A DNA stretch of 64,000 bases. Source: Trichosphaerium sp. ATCC 40318 (Eukaryota > Protista > Tubulinea). Shown here piece after piece: positions 24,978 to 38,140 of the stretch. How positions within the stretch are numbered: position 1 is the first letter of the stretch; every line of letters starts with the position of its first letter. The stretch covers positions 496,001 through 560,000 of the forward strand of contig JALMLS010000612.1 in assembly GCA_038496445.1 (NCBI GenBank). The letters run 5' to 3'. The notes under the pieces are model-generated. The model was given only the letters and a program-made list of their open reading frames with translations. It had not been told where the DNA came from and did not search any database. Position numbers and translations under genes: made by a program.

Positions 24978-27206
24978 ATGTTTATAAAACAAACTACAGT
25001 TTACTTAGTGCTTATCGTACTTCTGTCAGTCTCCTTGGCTAAATGGAGAGGTTGTGGTGACACCTGCAACAACAACAACCAAGTGAGTTACATTATCAGT
25101 TTGGGAAGAGCCAAAAAGTTTTTCTTCGCGCCACGCTTTAGCGTCTTCTTCGTTTATAAAGCAGCCCCATTAACTCTACATAGTGTAGTAACGCTCTTTG
25201 CTCTGACTGCGTTGACGGCATTTGTAAATCAGGTACGCTAAATTTTACCGACTACACCTGTTCGTACACGCACGTGCGGTAGAACGTTAAACATTCTGTA
25301 AAAATACCAAAAAAACTATTGCCGTTGATCTTTTCTGTTTGCCGCTTTGTCGTTGTCTAATAGGAACTCAGGTCTCAAGTGTAACAACACATGTACAGTA
25401 GACTCTGACTGCGAAAGGCTTCGTTATTGCTATTCTTGTACTGGAAACAGATGTAGCCCAGGACCTCTTTACCCTATTGAGTGCCCTATCTGTAAAACAG
25501 ACGCCGACTGCCCAAAAACAGGGTGCACAAAGTGTATTGGAGGTACCTTCCAACAAAAGTCTCTTTCTTTGCCTAATTGTTATTAGATGATCCAGAAGCC
25601 CCAAAACGTTGCGTAGCTGGATGTGGCGTCGAATGTGAACATAACTACGAGGTAGGAGCATGCGTTTCTGAAGAATTAACAAATTAAACTGCTTTTTTTT
25701 CTTTTAGTGTGGTTATGATACTCCTTGCTCTTACTGTGACCACGACACCAAAAAATGTTCAAAGGGCGGTCCTTGTGGAACGAGATGCGGTACACAATTT
25801 ATTTATTGGATTTTTTTTGTGCTACACATGTTTTGTTCTAGGAACTCACTTTTTCTTTTTTCTCTAGGTAACGACGGAGACTGTGATAGTGCAACAAATT
25901 GCCACACTTGTATTGACTTTACATGCAGCGTACCTTGTGGTAAAAAGTGCGATCATAGCTCACAATGTAACGGACCTATCACTGGTATGTTTTTTTTTCT
26001 CACCTGATAAAAAAGCGAATGTTAACGTGGTCTTCAGGTTGTGGTATCTGCTCCAACGGTGTCTGTAGCCCAGGAACTGAGTGTGGTGCTCGCTGTGTAT
26101 ACGACAGAGATTGCCCAGGTACACTTTGAACTAAAGCAAGGCTCCTTCAACTAAAACATCCTATTAGCTACATGCAGCAACTGTAACCAAGGTATTTGCA
26201 GCGGTGTCGTATGTAACGCGTAAGTAAAACACGAAAATAGCTTTGCCAATCCATGCACGGTTTTTTGGTCAACACGTGCTCAATTTTTTTTCTATTTTTT
26301 AGTCACTTAAATAACCACCACTAGCACTTGTAAGGTAAACACAGATTGCATTGGCGCTGAGCCATGTTCCTCTTGCACTGATGGTAAGTAGTTCTTTTAT
26401 TTGTTTTCGAAAAACCAAACGTAGTTTAACTCGTAAAAGGTCAATGTGGTGTTGCTATTTGCGGAAGTAACTGTGATGGCGATCAAGACTGCGGTAATGC
26501 AGGAGAATGCAAATCTTGCCTCAACGGAAAATGCAACCCATTGCAATGCGGAAGCCACTGTAAAATGGTACTTGACTGACTCATTCCTCTTATTTTCTTA
26601 TAATCGCTAGGATACTGATTGTAACGGTGCTGCTGGTGGATGTGGTGCTTGTCTCAATGGAAAGTACGTACAACAGCTTTAGAACCGTTGGTATCTTTAT
26701 TAAATCTTAAACAGATGCGGTAAACGTGGATGCGGAAGTCCATGTCAAACGAACACACAATGTGCTAATTCCGAAAGTGAGTGTCGTGTATGTAAAGAAG
26801 GTACATGTACCCCAGCTATTCCTCCAGATCAATGCGATTTGAACAGACCTTGCATATCAGGAAACAAGTAAGCACAGAACAAAAACATAAAAAGCGTTTT
26901 GAGTTAACAAACCTCTTTAGCAACATGTGCCCAATGGATACTTGCTCAAGATGTGATCCATACACTAACACTTGCCGGTAAGATATTTTATTTAACGTAT
27001 TACTTTGCTTAACACATTGTTTTAGTCTCGGTGGACCTTGTGGCGCTGCTTGCATTGTTAACACAGGTATGTATTTATCTTCTTGCGAATATGTTTTATG
27101 GCTGTTTTAACCTTCGTTTTAGATTGTGACCAAACTGGTACATGCAAATTCTGTAAAAACATTTGCGTTACTACCACTGAATATTATGGCAGTGACAAAG
27201 CTGTAA
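24978..27206 (+). CDS. Secreted Cys-rich repeat protein (about 13 six-Cys modules), multi-exon
   Basis: Signal peptide, then repeats of C-x3-C-x5-C-x3-6-C-x2-C-x4-C (e.g. CGSNCDGDQDCGNAGECKSCLNGKC). Confidence 0.88.
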
Positions 27207-28036
27207 TTAACTGAGTAAATACCTAAATAAAAGTGTTGAAATGTCAAAAAATCTGTCAGTTTTATGTATTCTGTTTTTGGCAAACAAAAGGTTCGCATTG
27301 TACACCACAAGTTATTATTTTAAATCATCCGTCAAACTGAATCCTTGAAAGTACCATTCAAGCGTCTCGTACTTCCTGAATCTCTATATTTCTCATTGCT
27401 TCTAGTCTCCAAGGTACTCTACAATAGCTAGCATATCACTTGCAGCCTTTTTACAACAGACAATGAAGAAAATCTCGGAACTGGCGGCAATTTCGCTTCA
27501 TTTAGAGATCTAGATATCAGAACATCTCTTTTGGACTGGAGTTACTACTATATCGTTGAAACGAATAGTATTAGCGCTAGCATGTTTTTGATGTGATTTA
27601 AAGGTGTTCTACACTGTTGCGCAACTTCTTATCTTTGGACTCCTTGTTCATTAGATTAGATGGTCGTACTTTTAATGGCGCTTTGACGTCGTGTTCGCTA
27701 GTGTTGTAATAGTTTAACTAGTTGTATGAAGGTTTCGGCTCCAGAAGTTGCTACGAGGAAGCGAGAAAACATTCAAAAATTTCGATACCGTCCTACTTTA
27801 TTTTTGAGAATCTTCTAGTCACGTGATAAAAACGCTCAAAAAATCAAACACTTGTACTCGTTATAAAGTTTATTTGAAGGTGATTGCAGTTCGAGCGTAG
27901 CTCACAACTTAATGCAACACCTAGGCCCTTTGACTAAGTAACATCCAAAACTGGTAAAGGTAGCCACTCTAGCGAATACAATACAAAGGCTTGGTGAAGT
28001 GATTAAGCTAACAAATTTATTGGCGAGAACAGATTT

Positions 28037-28462
28037 TTATACGAGTTGCCATTGCGGAGCGCTGCCACAACTGGTTCCTTGAATACGACTACCAGTATTT
28101 CCGCTGGTTACACATGTACCAGAAGCAACCTTTAACTTTTTATCGCTACCAAGATTGAATAATTGCTTGCCAGAGTAAGTGCATGGAGAGGTTCCAACGT
28201 AAAGATTAGGGTTTGTTAAGTTGATATCCAATTCAAGGCACCACCCTGTTGCATAATTTCTGTAAGCTTTTCCGCCAGGGCGAGATATTTGATACCAATA
28301 CTGTGATGGCGACTGCGAGGTGCTCAAAGCTATGGTTTGCATTCTCACAAGGCTGCTAGGAGCTTCCATGGCAATGTTAATGCCTACTCTTTTGAACTGA
28401 ACAAGCGCAGAGATCGATGATGCGAAGGAACATACCAACAGAAGGAGTAAGAGGTGATGCAT
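28037..28462 (-). CDS. Secreted ricin-B (beta-trefoil) lectin-like protein, intronless
   Basis: Signal peptide MHHLLLLLLVCSFASS; QxW-type repeats SQYWY, KQLF, PQWQ; NYATGWCLE and ASGTCV motifs. Confidence 0.8.
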   Translation of the reverse strand: MHHLLLLLLVCSFASSISALVQFKRVGINIAMEAPSSLVRMQTIALSTSQSPSQYWYQISRPGGKAYRNYATGWCLELDINLTNPNLYVGTSPCTYSGKQLFNLGSDKKLKVASGTCVTSGNTGSRIQGTSCGSAPQWQLV

Positions 28463-30317
28463 TGCGTGTTTATATTTTGGTTTTGGTTTTGTGATGTGAT
28501 AAGTGTCATGTTCACTTGTTTGGTTTGGGTTTCCATTTGTACCACTAGTTATGGCGTTCGTTGTTGGAATACATGATCTATGTAACATGTTGATTAATAG
28601 TACTAAGGATTGAAGTAGTACAGAATTCTGTGTTTCTAGAAGCAATCTTTTTCTTCGTTTTTTTTGAAACACTGTAATTAAATGGTCCCGATATTATTAT
28701 ACGTTTGCTATTTCCGGGTTTTTCTTATGTTCTGTTTAGTTTCGAATTGAATCACATGAAGCAGCGGACAGTGATTTCCAACCATTGCTGTTTTACCGAC
28801 TGTACACGCTGTAGTATAGCATGTGTAAAGGCCTTGGCTTTGTTTAAGGTTGGTTTATGGCCTACAATCCTTTTTCTCTATTGTTTGTAAAAAAGGTTTG
28901 TAGCGTACTCTAGTACGTTTAGACACGCGTATGACATTGGAAATTATGCAGAACTGTTTTATTATTTTTATTCACATTACATTGTGCGCCACACCTATTT
29001 AGGGTTTTTATGTGCACTACAAGTCCACTACCCAGTCGTTTCTTTTCGAACGTCAAAGATACTTCAGATAAGAAGAACTGTGGTACTGGGACTTTTTTCC
29101 TTGCTGTTGTTTATATTCGAAGGGTCACGTGATTGTTTGGCCAAAATCTTGTTTTGAGGCGATATTGCTTCTCGAGTTCTTTAACTTTGTAAAACAAGTC
29201 TTGATCACTACACTACGTCAAAGGCAAAAAAAACAAAACCGGCAAATCGAAGCATACAAGTCTTGTAATCGCTACCATGGCTTCAGGTTTATAGATCACG
29301 TAACCACTGGTTGCCATTGGTTTAATAGTGTACATTAGGCGTTACCAAGATTCGAACCTGAACATTGAACAAACTGACGAGGCCATCAGCATCTACACAT
29401 TAACCTCGCACAACAGTAAATTACACTACATCGCAAACGTAGCACGCGTTATATGTCGTTTCATTTCTGTTGCAGAACCATCGTGAGTAGCGATGTTCCA
29501 AACGGATACATCCTGCGTTAAAAATTCGTGCGAAAAAAATTTTCTCAGTTTAGAAGAGAATTTAGATATTCTTCCAGGTTTTATGGTGGGACAATACAGC
29601 ACGAATTACATTCTTGTTAATATCCCAAACCATTTTGAAACATCCTCACGGCCGCAGCTGAGACATTTTTTCACACAGCGACTGATCAAACTACAGAATT
29701 TTGAATTCAATTTTTATCCCGATTGCTTTGTCCAGAAGTAACAATGCCTGACAGCCAAAACTAGAAGAACTTGTAAATACAAAAAACATGAAAAAGTTGA
29801 AAAATAGTGACGTCACTTGTACTTCTCGAAAAAACGCCAAATTTCCGTGAGTTCCTTGTTTCGTTTTCAATTTCAATAAATTCTTGCCTTCCCACTTTTC
29901 AGAAAACCAAAGTTTGCTACTGGTAGGTACCAATGGCCATAATTGCGATCATGTACAACTACGTACTTTGAGTAAAGCCACAATAAGTTGTTTTTATTGC
30001 AAATTTTAAACCTTTTTCGCTTTGTATTAAACCCAGGAACGCCTTGGTAACTGGGACGCGTAACCCAAATGTCTCTAAAAAAAGTACTTACGTTGGTTAT
30101 GATACGACTTGTGTAGGCGGGTGCTGATCCTAAGAATCAGCACCTGCCACTATCAACTCAAAACCCAAACGATTTACCACTATAAGCTCACCATAATTGG
30201 AAGGCAAGTCTGGCAATGATTCTCCGATACTCTTTTGCAACAAGTTAGCACGTTTATTTACGAGCAAGCTCTGGCAATACCCAACTTCATCTACCGGCAG
30301 TGTGTTTCACAAAAAAA

Positions 30318-30436
30318 GAGCCAAAGGATGCAAAGGATTCACTACAATGCGTCTACTTGTTCCTGCACGCCACTGACTCAATCACCTCTAATATGGGTGC
30401 TCTCAGGTCACTGCACCTTCGCCTCACAGCCAGCCC
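30318..30436 (-). ncRNA. Candidate 119-nt structured Pol III-type small RNA
   Basis: Nested end-pairing helices GGGCUGG/UUGGCUC, GCGAAGG/CCUUUGC and UGCAGUG/CAUUGUA, ending in a T7 run; alternatively the end of a decayed + strand gene. Confidence 0.3.
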
Positions 30437-31452
30437 ATTGAATAAAGAAAGTACAACAAACTGATTTCTCAGTTCTGAATAATGTAGAACAATGTTGAGA
30501 ACCTCTTTAGTCGTGAACTTTTACAATCATCCAAGGCGAATTTATTGAACTGCACAATTTCAAGTTGTGCGATTGCTTTCTGCAAAAAACTGGCATATTA
30601 AAAAATGTATCATGATTCATTCTATGAATATCTTCAAATCCGCACGAGCGAATACTCATTAAATATTGAAGGTACACATACAAGGGCAGGTTTAATTAAG
30701 GTTTAGTATCAAACAATTTTGCCACGTCATTTTTTTACAAACAGAAAACAATCGTTACAACTATGAACCGCAAGGCCTCTAAGATCAATACAAAGCAAAC
30801 ACTGTGAACCACAATATTTTCTGTACATACAGTTTGGAATACTTAGCTTCATATGCTCACACTAGCTACTGGGATGGTGTAAACCTGAAAGCATGGGAGG
30901 AGACTCCCTACGGCCAGTGTACTACATCGAAACAAAACTATCAAAACTCATCTACTGTAATACAAACTATGTCATGTGCAACCTGTGTATTGATATACAT
31001 TGCATCTTAGTGGCACAGAGATTCAGCGTAGCGGGGAGGCTATAGAGCCGTCCATGAGACACCCGTACTCTGTGGCCTACAGCTCTGATTTAACGAGATG
31101 TTCAACTGCAAATATCTCATCCAAGCACTTTCAAAGGATAGCAGCGTATAAAGACCTAGCTATCCTTGTGCTGGTATTTTACCTTGATATAACAACGCGA
31201 CTATAGTGAACTTAAGGTGTAATAAAATGACACCTGGAAGTCAGTAATATGTCTATAGTAGGCGTGATTAAACCCACAAACCGATTGATACAGAAATGTA
31301 TCTTATCTGTACATGCTGCGGTCTTTCAATGGTGATCCATCCCTTTTTGACAAACATCCTGCGGTTTTGAAACTGGCATTTTTTTGAAAAAGCTATTTGT
31401 ACAATTTTTATTTCCATCTTTTCATAGCTGGACAGCAAGTATGCTGGAGTTA

Positions 31453-32124
31453 CTAATCATTGGAAAACATATAGTTATTAGTGCCGCCATACACCATCAT
31501 TGGAGGCTCGCATTCGAGGCATGCTATCCCAATATCAACAAAGAGATAGGGCTCTGCACCCTTTTTTATTATTCTCTTGCACTTTGTGCATCTCTCCGGT
31601 ATGAAACTTGGCGGGTTGGCAAGTTTTTCAAAATTGTAGTCGTTCGTGCCGTAATACGCTACAATCTCCTTATCGTTGCTCATATTTCGGCATTTTGGGC
31701 AATTTGTCCATTTGTTGGGATGACGTTTGAGGTGATGAAATCCGCACATTGTGTACCGTTCATGGTTAATGTAGCAACTGTCTCTTGCGTAAATGGATGT
31801 TGGAGACATTTGATAACTGTCGTCACAAATCCATTGAGTACAACAAGCTGTACGTGTTAACTTGTTTGTTTTGCCACATATGCCGCACTAGCTTCGTTGT
31901 TAAAACAGTGTCAACCATATTTCATCGTTAAAGCGTACGCAGGGCGCTGTTTTAGATCTAGCAGCGTTTTTGGCTTGAAACCCACAAGACGACTTGTGCG
32001 TGTTCCAATGTATCTTTTGACACCTTCTGCTACAATAACGTACTTTACGGCAACCGCTACAGCGTGCCAACTTTTTCTTCCCAGACTGTTGGCAATTGGC
32101 GCATTTTTGGGGTTTTTCAGCCAT
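31453..32124 (-). CDS. MYND zinc finger fused to a Cys/His-rich domain, 2 exons
   Basis: CANC...CSGCRKVRYCSRRCQKIHWNTHKSSC; exon 2 CGICGKTNKLTRTACCTQWICDD...YYGTNDYNFEKLANPP. Confidence 0.85.
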
Positions 32125-32308
32125 TTCTGTGTCATCAACAAAGTAATCAGAACTTTACACGCGTGACTTAATCACACGCGTAACAATGAACACGGATTTT
32201 ATCTTGTTTCGTTTCGTTGATATTTCAATAGCTCGTATTCGCTTAGTAAGAACTGAAGAGTTGAGCCAACGTTTTTGTGGACATTATATTTTTATTTCTT
32301 TCATATTT

Positions 32309-34464
32309 TTAATGCTCCTCTTCTTCCTCATCTTTAAGATGCCATGTTTTCTCTTGCCATTTCTCCCAAATCCATTCACCATCATCGTACTTAATCAAGT
32401 AAGAATCTTCATCCTTTCTATACTTTATAATCACTCCCTTATACCATGTATTGTATAACGGCCAATATAATCGCACAGATTGACCTACGCAAAAAAAAAT
32501 AAGTAAGACGAGTAAACAATCAATCGCTACGCGTACCTAAAGTTACACCATGCTCTTCAGGTACTTGATCTGTAGGTGCTCCGTCATCTTTAACACCTTC
32601 ATCAGAGTAGTACTAAACAATTAATAAGCTCAAACAGCGCATTTTGTAAATACTTGCCTGTGGATCGTAGTACGGATCAATTAATTCTGGATATTGCTCT
32701 TGGTAGACACATCTGTCACACTAGACACTTTTTAGATACAACGCCGAAAGTGATGTAATACCTTGCAAACAAAGAAATATTTATCAGATAGGCACTCTCG
32801 CCTATCTTTTAAGCCTGTAGAGATATCAATGTATGATATACACACCTCTGCATCCTTTAAAACAGAAAACAATTAGTAATGCCTAGATACAACAGGAGGA
32901 GTTAACGCACTTTTGCAATATCGTATACACTTGTAAACTCCATAAAAGGACTTAACTGTGTTTTACAGCGACCAAAAGTAGCATTAGGCCAACAAGAGTG
33001 ATTAAAAAATGAAGCTCTAGGGTAGACCTAAAGAAAAAAATGAGAAAACTAAACATGGTTTTACGTAAGAAAAATGAGCTTACACCATATCCTAGACATT
33101 CACCAGTATCGCCCCAGATACCAAACATATTAACACGATGTTGACAATACATTTCCAAGAGATCATCTTCATCCATTCTAGCTTTCTACAAAAGAAATAA
33201 ACTAAGCTTTTGTTGTAACTGTAGTTGCATCCAGCAATTTTTACCTCAGGCATGAGCCAATTGGCTACTCTTACTATAGACATTAATGTCTGTAAAGTGT
33301 CTGGATCATAACATTCTTTATTAGATATCAAGTGAGCATATTGTTCAGTAAATGAGTCGACCTACAATTTGTTACTAAAAAACAACAAAATACATAAGGG
33401 ATCCAGCACATAATTTCAACAACCCAATAACACGTACTTCTATACTAGGATCTGCCTCTTTTTTATCACGAGCAATTTGACGCTTATTCATAGCTCTAAT
33501 AAGAAGTCTGACATCTGTCAATAAGTCATCGCAAAGGCCATAATATTCCTTAACCCATTCAGTGTCAAGTGCAGATAACGCTGCCAATTCATATCCCTCG
33601 TGCTCATCTTTATCTAACTCTTTACATTTACCACAACAATACCAAAGCTGACGTGAAGCAGATTGTATAGGGTCGATTGGCAACTCAGCCCAAACATCAA
33701 CTGGTTTTTCAATTACTGCAGGCTCAACGCCTTCAGGTAGATCTGGAAGGTCCCTTTTTGGCGGTTGAGATTGCTTAGCCTTTCCTTTACCCTTCACAGT
33801 TGATGGTGCTAGCATTTATAAGCATATTAGGCGTTTTAACGCTTTCTATTTTTTGTTTGTTTGGTATCTGTTTAAACTGGTACCTTTCATTGACGACGCA
33901 GTACTTTCAGTGTTATAACCATCGTTTAGACCTTCTGGGTCGTCGCCAAATTTTCGAAAGCAGTGAGCGCATACCTAAATTACTAATGTTACTATTATAG
34001 GCGTAATAAGGTTGCGGAGCAAGGTAATTTACTACGTACGTTGTTCTTTCTTGGTTCGTACGGTACAAAGACAAAAGGCTCGCATAGCATGACAATTTCG
34101 CCGCTTTTGGCGTCACCACTGCCTGTCATACCGTATCCTGGCTTTATTAGATCACAATGTAAAAATAATAAAAAGAAATCGTTCGGTCATTGTTGTGGCT
34201 ACTATTTCAATTTTTAAAGTAGATTGAGTGGCGATTAAGCGTAAAAGAAAATATTTTGTCACCTTTGTGCTCCATTTGCGTTAATTCTAGATCCCACTTG
34301 CTCTGCTTGAACCACGTTTGTAATCTAGACTCAACAGTCTCTCTGTACGCTTTTTAGCACAAATTGTACTGTAAAAACGCGCGGGCTGTCACAAAAGTAA
34401 CGCACCGTCCTTCAAGCCGAGATTCCGGAAAGGCTGGTGCCGCATTTGACTCAGAGGTTGTCAT
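32309..34464 (-). CDS. SET and MYND domain lysine methyltransferase (SMYD family), multi-exon
   Basis: ASFFNHSCWPNA, ISYID, YFFVCKCDRC post-SET motifs; split MYND cysteines. Confidence 0.88.
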
Positions 34465-34724
34465 AACGATTGACTAGTACTTTATTGTCTATACAAGCCA
34501 CCTACGCGTTAACAAGATAAGTGCCTAAACGTAAATTTAGCAAAACGAGGCGAACAACTTATCGCAATCGCGCTTAAGTCGACACGCATGTCAACTGTCG
34601 CGAAACAATAAACTACGACGCATAGCAACAACACGCAAACGCCGGAATTAAGTAAAGATGAACATTTCACATTGTGTGCGCTACTGCACATCCTCACGAC
34701 AGCACGACATAGACAACACCTCCT

Positions 34725-37302
34725 ATGACCGAAGAACAAGTAGATAAGAAGACAGCATGGATTAGAGCTCAAAAGAGAGTGCGTAAACTGCTTTCATTTA
34801 CAAGTCTTCTATTCAAGCTCCGTGAGCGCTGTTTAGTAGCGCATTCGTCTCCAACAGCGTTTCTAAGTGCTTTTAGACCTTCTCTCGCTGGTTCACCTCT
34901 CAACTGAAGAGAAAAGGCTACAAAGCAGTCACTGATGTAGTAGAAGACCTAGACACTGGTACGAAACCGAGACCGTTATAACCTTGTGTACTTTTTCCAT
35001 CGAACGTATCTGCCAACGCTTCAGAGTTTTGTTTACAAAATGTGTTTGTGTTTTTTGGAAAAAAAACTAATATAGCGCCATAGGTATCAAGATAATGGAA
35101 CTGTGTAATGCTCTTTATGATACACCTATTCCTAAACATAGCAAGAACCCAAAAATCCGTGCTCAAAAACTTGACAACTTGGTTCAAGCCTTCAAGTGTT
35201 TGGAAAGCAGTGGTATTAGTACCATTAACTACTCACTTGTTGGACCTCATAATCTCTGTAACAAGGACGAAAATTTGGTGCGTTCTTTCCATGTATTAAT
35301 GGAGTTCTTATCGAATATATTTTAGATACTTGGTGTCGTTTGGGGTATTATCCTTGATTACCAAATTAAGGGTATTTCTGTTGATGGCACGTGATAAAAT
35401 TTTTTCAAACCATTTCGGACTTGAGGAGTTCTTGTTTTATTTTTGTTCCCTGACATTTATTTAGAGCTCACCGCAAAGGAGGGTCTACTATTATGGTGTC
35501 AACAAGTTACAAAGGACTATGATAATGTTGATGTGAAGAACTTTAGCACTAGGTAACAACGCAATTTCCTTTTTTTTTTTCGCAGTTTTTTTACAAATGA
35601 CGTTATTGTTGACTCTATAATATTTTAGTTTCAAAGATGGTTTAGCTTTCAATGCTATCATTCACCACTTTGCGCCAAACTTGATTGACTACAGCAACAT
35701 GTCTTGTGTGCGTAACCTAAAACAAACTTTTCGATCTTAAAAGTCTTTTTGTGATTTCGCCTAACACCTATCAGGATGATGTAGAAAATAACATCAACAA
35801 TGCATTAACTGTAGCCGAAGATAACTTTGATATTCCTCGTCTACTAGAACCAGAGGTACTTTCACAAAAAACCGTTTTTTTATTGGATTTAACCTTCGTT
35901 GTTAGGATCTTATGGTAGACGTCCCAGATGAGAAGGCTGTACGTTTTTTTAACAATTAGATGCTCTAGGATATATCTAAGTCTTATAATTTGTCATAGGT
36001 TATGACCTACATTTCTGAGTACTACCATAAAGTGCGTAGATTTAACGAGTTTTTTCGCAGTTCGATTTTTTTTGTGCTTACAGTTTTTTCAAGTTCTCTG
36101 AGTTGGAACAAAACCAAGCTTACACCAACCGCGTTCGTCGTTTCTTGGAGTTAGCGCGTTCTGTTGAAGAACTTCGTGAGTTCTACAATAACCACAGTGT
36201 CCCTTTTGTAAACTGGTGTGCTGAAAAAATTGAGGAATTGAATGCTCCTACTGGTGATACAACAGAGGAGATAAGAGTAAGTTTCCACTAATTTTTGTTA
36301 TTACTTCTTCGATATGCTACATACATATGCCTTTTACTCACCAATGATCGTTTTATAGGCTGCCTTGAGCAAACTGTTGGAATGGCGTTCAAAAGAAAAA
36401 GCAGCAAAAGTAGCAACAAAATATGAATTACTTGGAAAGTATCATACACTGGACGCTCTTATCCAAACAGTACGTCTTTTATTTAATATTAAAAACGATG
36501 AACTGTAATTAACAAAACGATATAGAACCAATTCAAGTCATACACTGCACCTGATGGTAAGTTTAAAAAAACTTGAAGTCCCTTGCATTTTTTCTTATTT
36601 TATTCTTAAGGCGCTGACACTGAAACTATCGAGAAACTTTGGGATCAAGTTGATGCTGCTGATAAAGCAAGATCTGCTTCTCTTGGAGAAAAATTCAAAG
36701 AGTACAAATATTCATTTTTCTTAGTGGCGTGTTGCTGATAAATATCATAGAAATGTTCGCGCTATCTTTAAGAAATTTGACAAGTCCAAAGATGGATTCC
36801 TAAACATTGTCGAATTTAAGGCCGTCCTTACCAGTCTCGGCTGTAAACTATCTGTATGAGCTAATTGTTGTATCTTATAAGTGCTAAGTATATTGTATAG
36901 GACAGCGAAGTAGCATTGGTATTCGAACGTGTTGATGTAGACGGTGACGGAAACAAAGTAAGTTCCTTTTTTTTCTAAACTATTCTTGGTACTCATATTC
37001 TTTGTAGTTGATCTCATTGCAAGAGTTTGAAGATTACATGGTCAACGAATATGTAACATTGGATACTAAAGATGATATCATCAGAGCGTTCAAACAAGTC
37101 GCCAAAAACAAGGTAAATCAAAACAAAAAAAAAGTGACTCTTTGAATGTTGACACGTTTTTTAGGATATTGTACTTGCCAGTGATTTGCAAGGTATTGAT
37201 CCTCCACTCGACCAAGACTTAATCGCTTGGGCTACAAGCACTATGCCTTCAAGTGGTGAAGGAAACGATTATTCTACATACGTATCAGCTCAATTCGACT
37301 AA
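34725..37302 (+). CDS. Alpha-actinin-like protein (CH-CH, short rod, EF-hands), multi-exon
   Basis: WIRAQKRTFSRW, ILGVVWGIILDYQI, ELTAKEGLLLWCQ, SFKDGLAFNAIIH, PDEKAVMTYISEYY; EF-hands FDKSKDGFL and DVDGDG. Confidence 0.92.
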
Positions 37303-37500
37303 AATAGATTAAATTGTTACTTGTCTTCCTAAAATAAACTTTGAGTGCATGTCAACTTGATTTTATAGCGTAGTTTACATTTGATTGTATTATATATCCC
37401 GTTTGACGTAGTTTAGAGCGTTTTTGAGCCTTATGCGCAAATTAAGTGAAGGTTTTCAGAAAAGAAACCTAAAATTACTTAAACTTGTCATTTAGGAGTT

Positions 37501-38073
37501 ATGGCAGTAGCTGCTGTGGCCATTATTGGCAAAGCAAATAACCCACTGTATATAAAGTCGTTACGGAACGATGCTGGATTACAATTTCACCATATTGTCC
37601 ATACGTCGTTGGATGTTATAGAAGAATCAAGTACATAGCGTAAAACGCTATTATTTTATGCTTACGCTGTTTTTAGTTGACAAAACACGCGGCTCTGCCT
37701 CAGGTAGCTTAGCCGCTAATTTTTTAGGCATGCTGTACCCCACACAAGAGTATAAAGTGTATGGCTACCTTACAAGCACTTTGATCAAGTTTGTTTTGGT
37801 TCTTGATTATAGTTGCCCAGCGCGCGATGCAGAGACTAAATCGGTGCGTTTGGAAACGTAGACAATTTAACTGGGGTGGTTTTCAGAAAAATCTGCTTGA
37901 AAAGGATTTAACGCTTCAAATACGCGTTTTTAACTAACCACTATTAGTTTTTTACAAGATTACACCGTTTATACGCTGACGTTGTATGTAACCCGTTTTA
38001 CACACTTGATTCTAGCATTCAATCGCCGGCATTTGAACGACAACTTGATCAACTACTAGCCAAAGGTCTTTAA
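37501..38073 (+). CDS. TRAPPC2L: TRAPP complex subunit 2-like (sedlin family), 3 exons
   Basis: VAIIGKANNPLYI, HTSLDVIEE, FLGMLYPTQEYKVYGYLTST, YADVVCNPFY. Confidence 0.92.
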
Positions 38074-38140
38074 ACTCTGTTTCACAAACCCCATTAACCA
38101 CTGTACATTTTATCAATAAACCTAAAAATACAAGCTCAAC

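Noticed and set aside
27360-27660. Exon/intron-like fragments between the Cys-rich and lectin genes
   Set aside because: No consistent reading frame or recognisable motif
29338-29410. tRNA-like GGTTCGAATC T-loop on the minus strand and hammerhead-like CTGACGA on the plus strand
   Set aside because: No matching acceptor stem, D-arm or anticodon arm, and no GAAA-closed helix II; it reads better as an exon of a decayed + strand gene
30040-30075. GTAACCCAAATG resembling the plant SRP Alu domain
   Set aside because: No helix 6/helix 8 S-domain motif downstream
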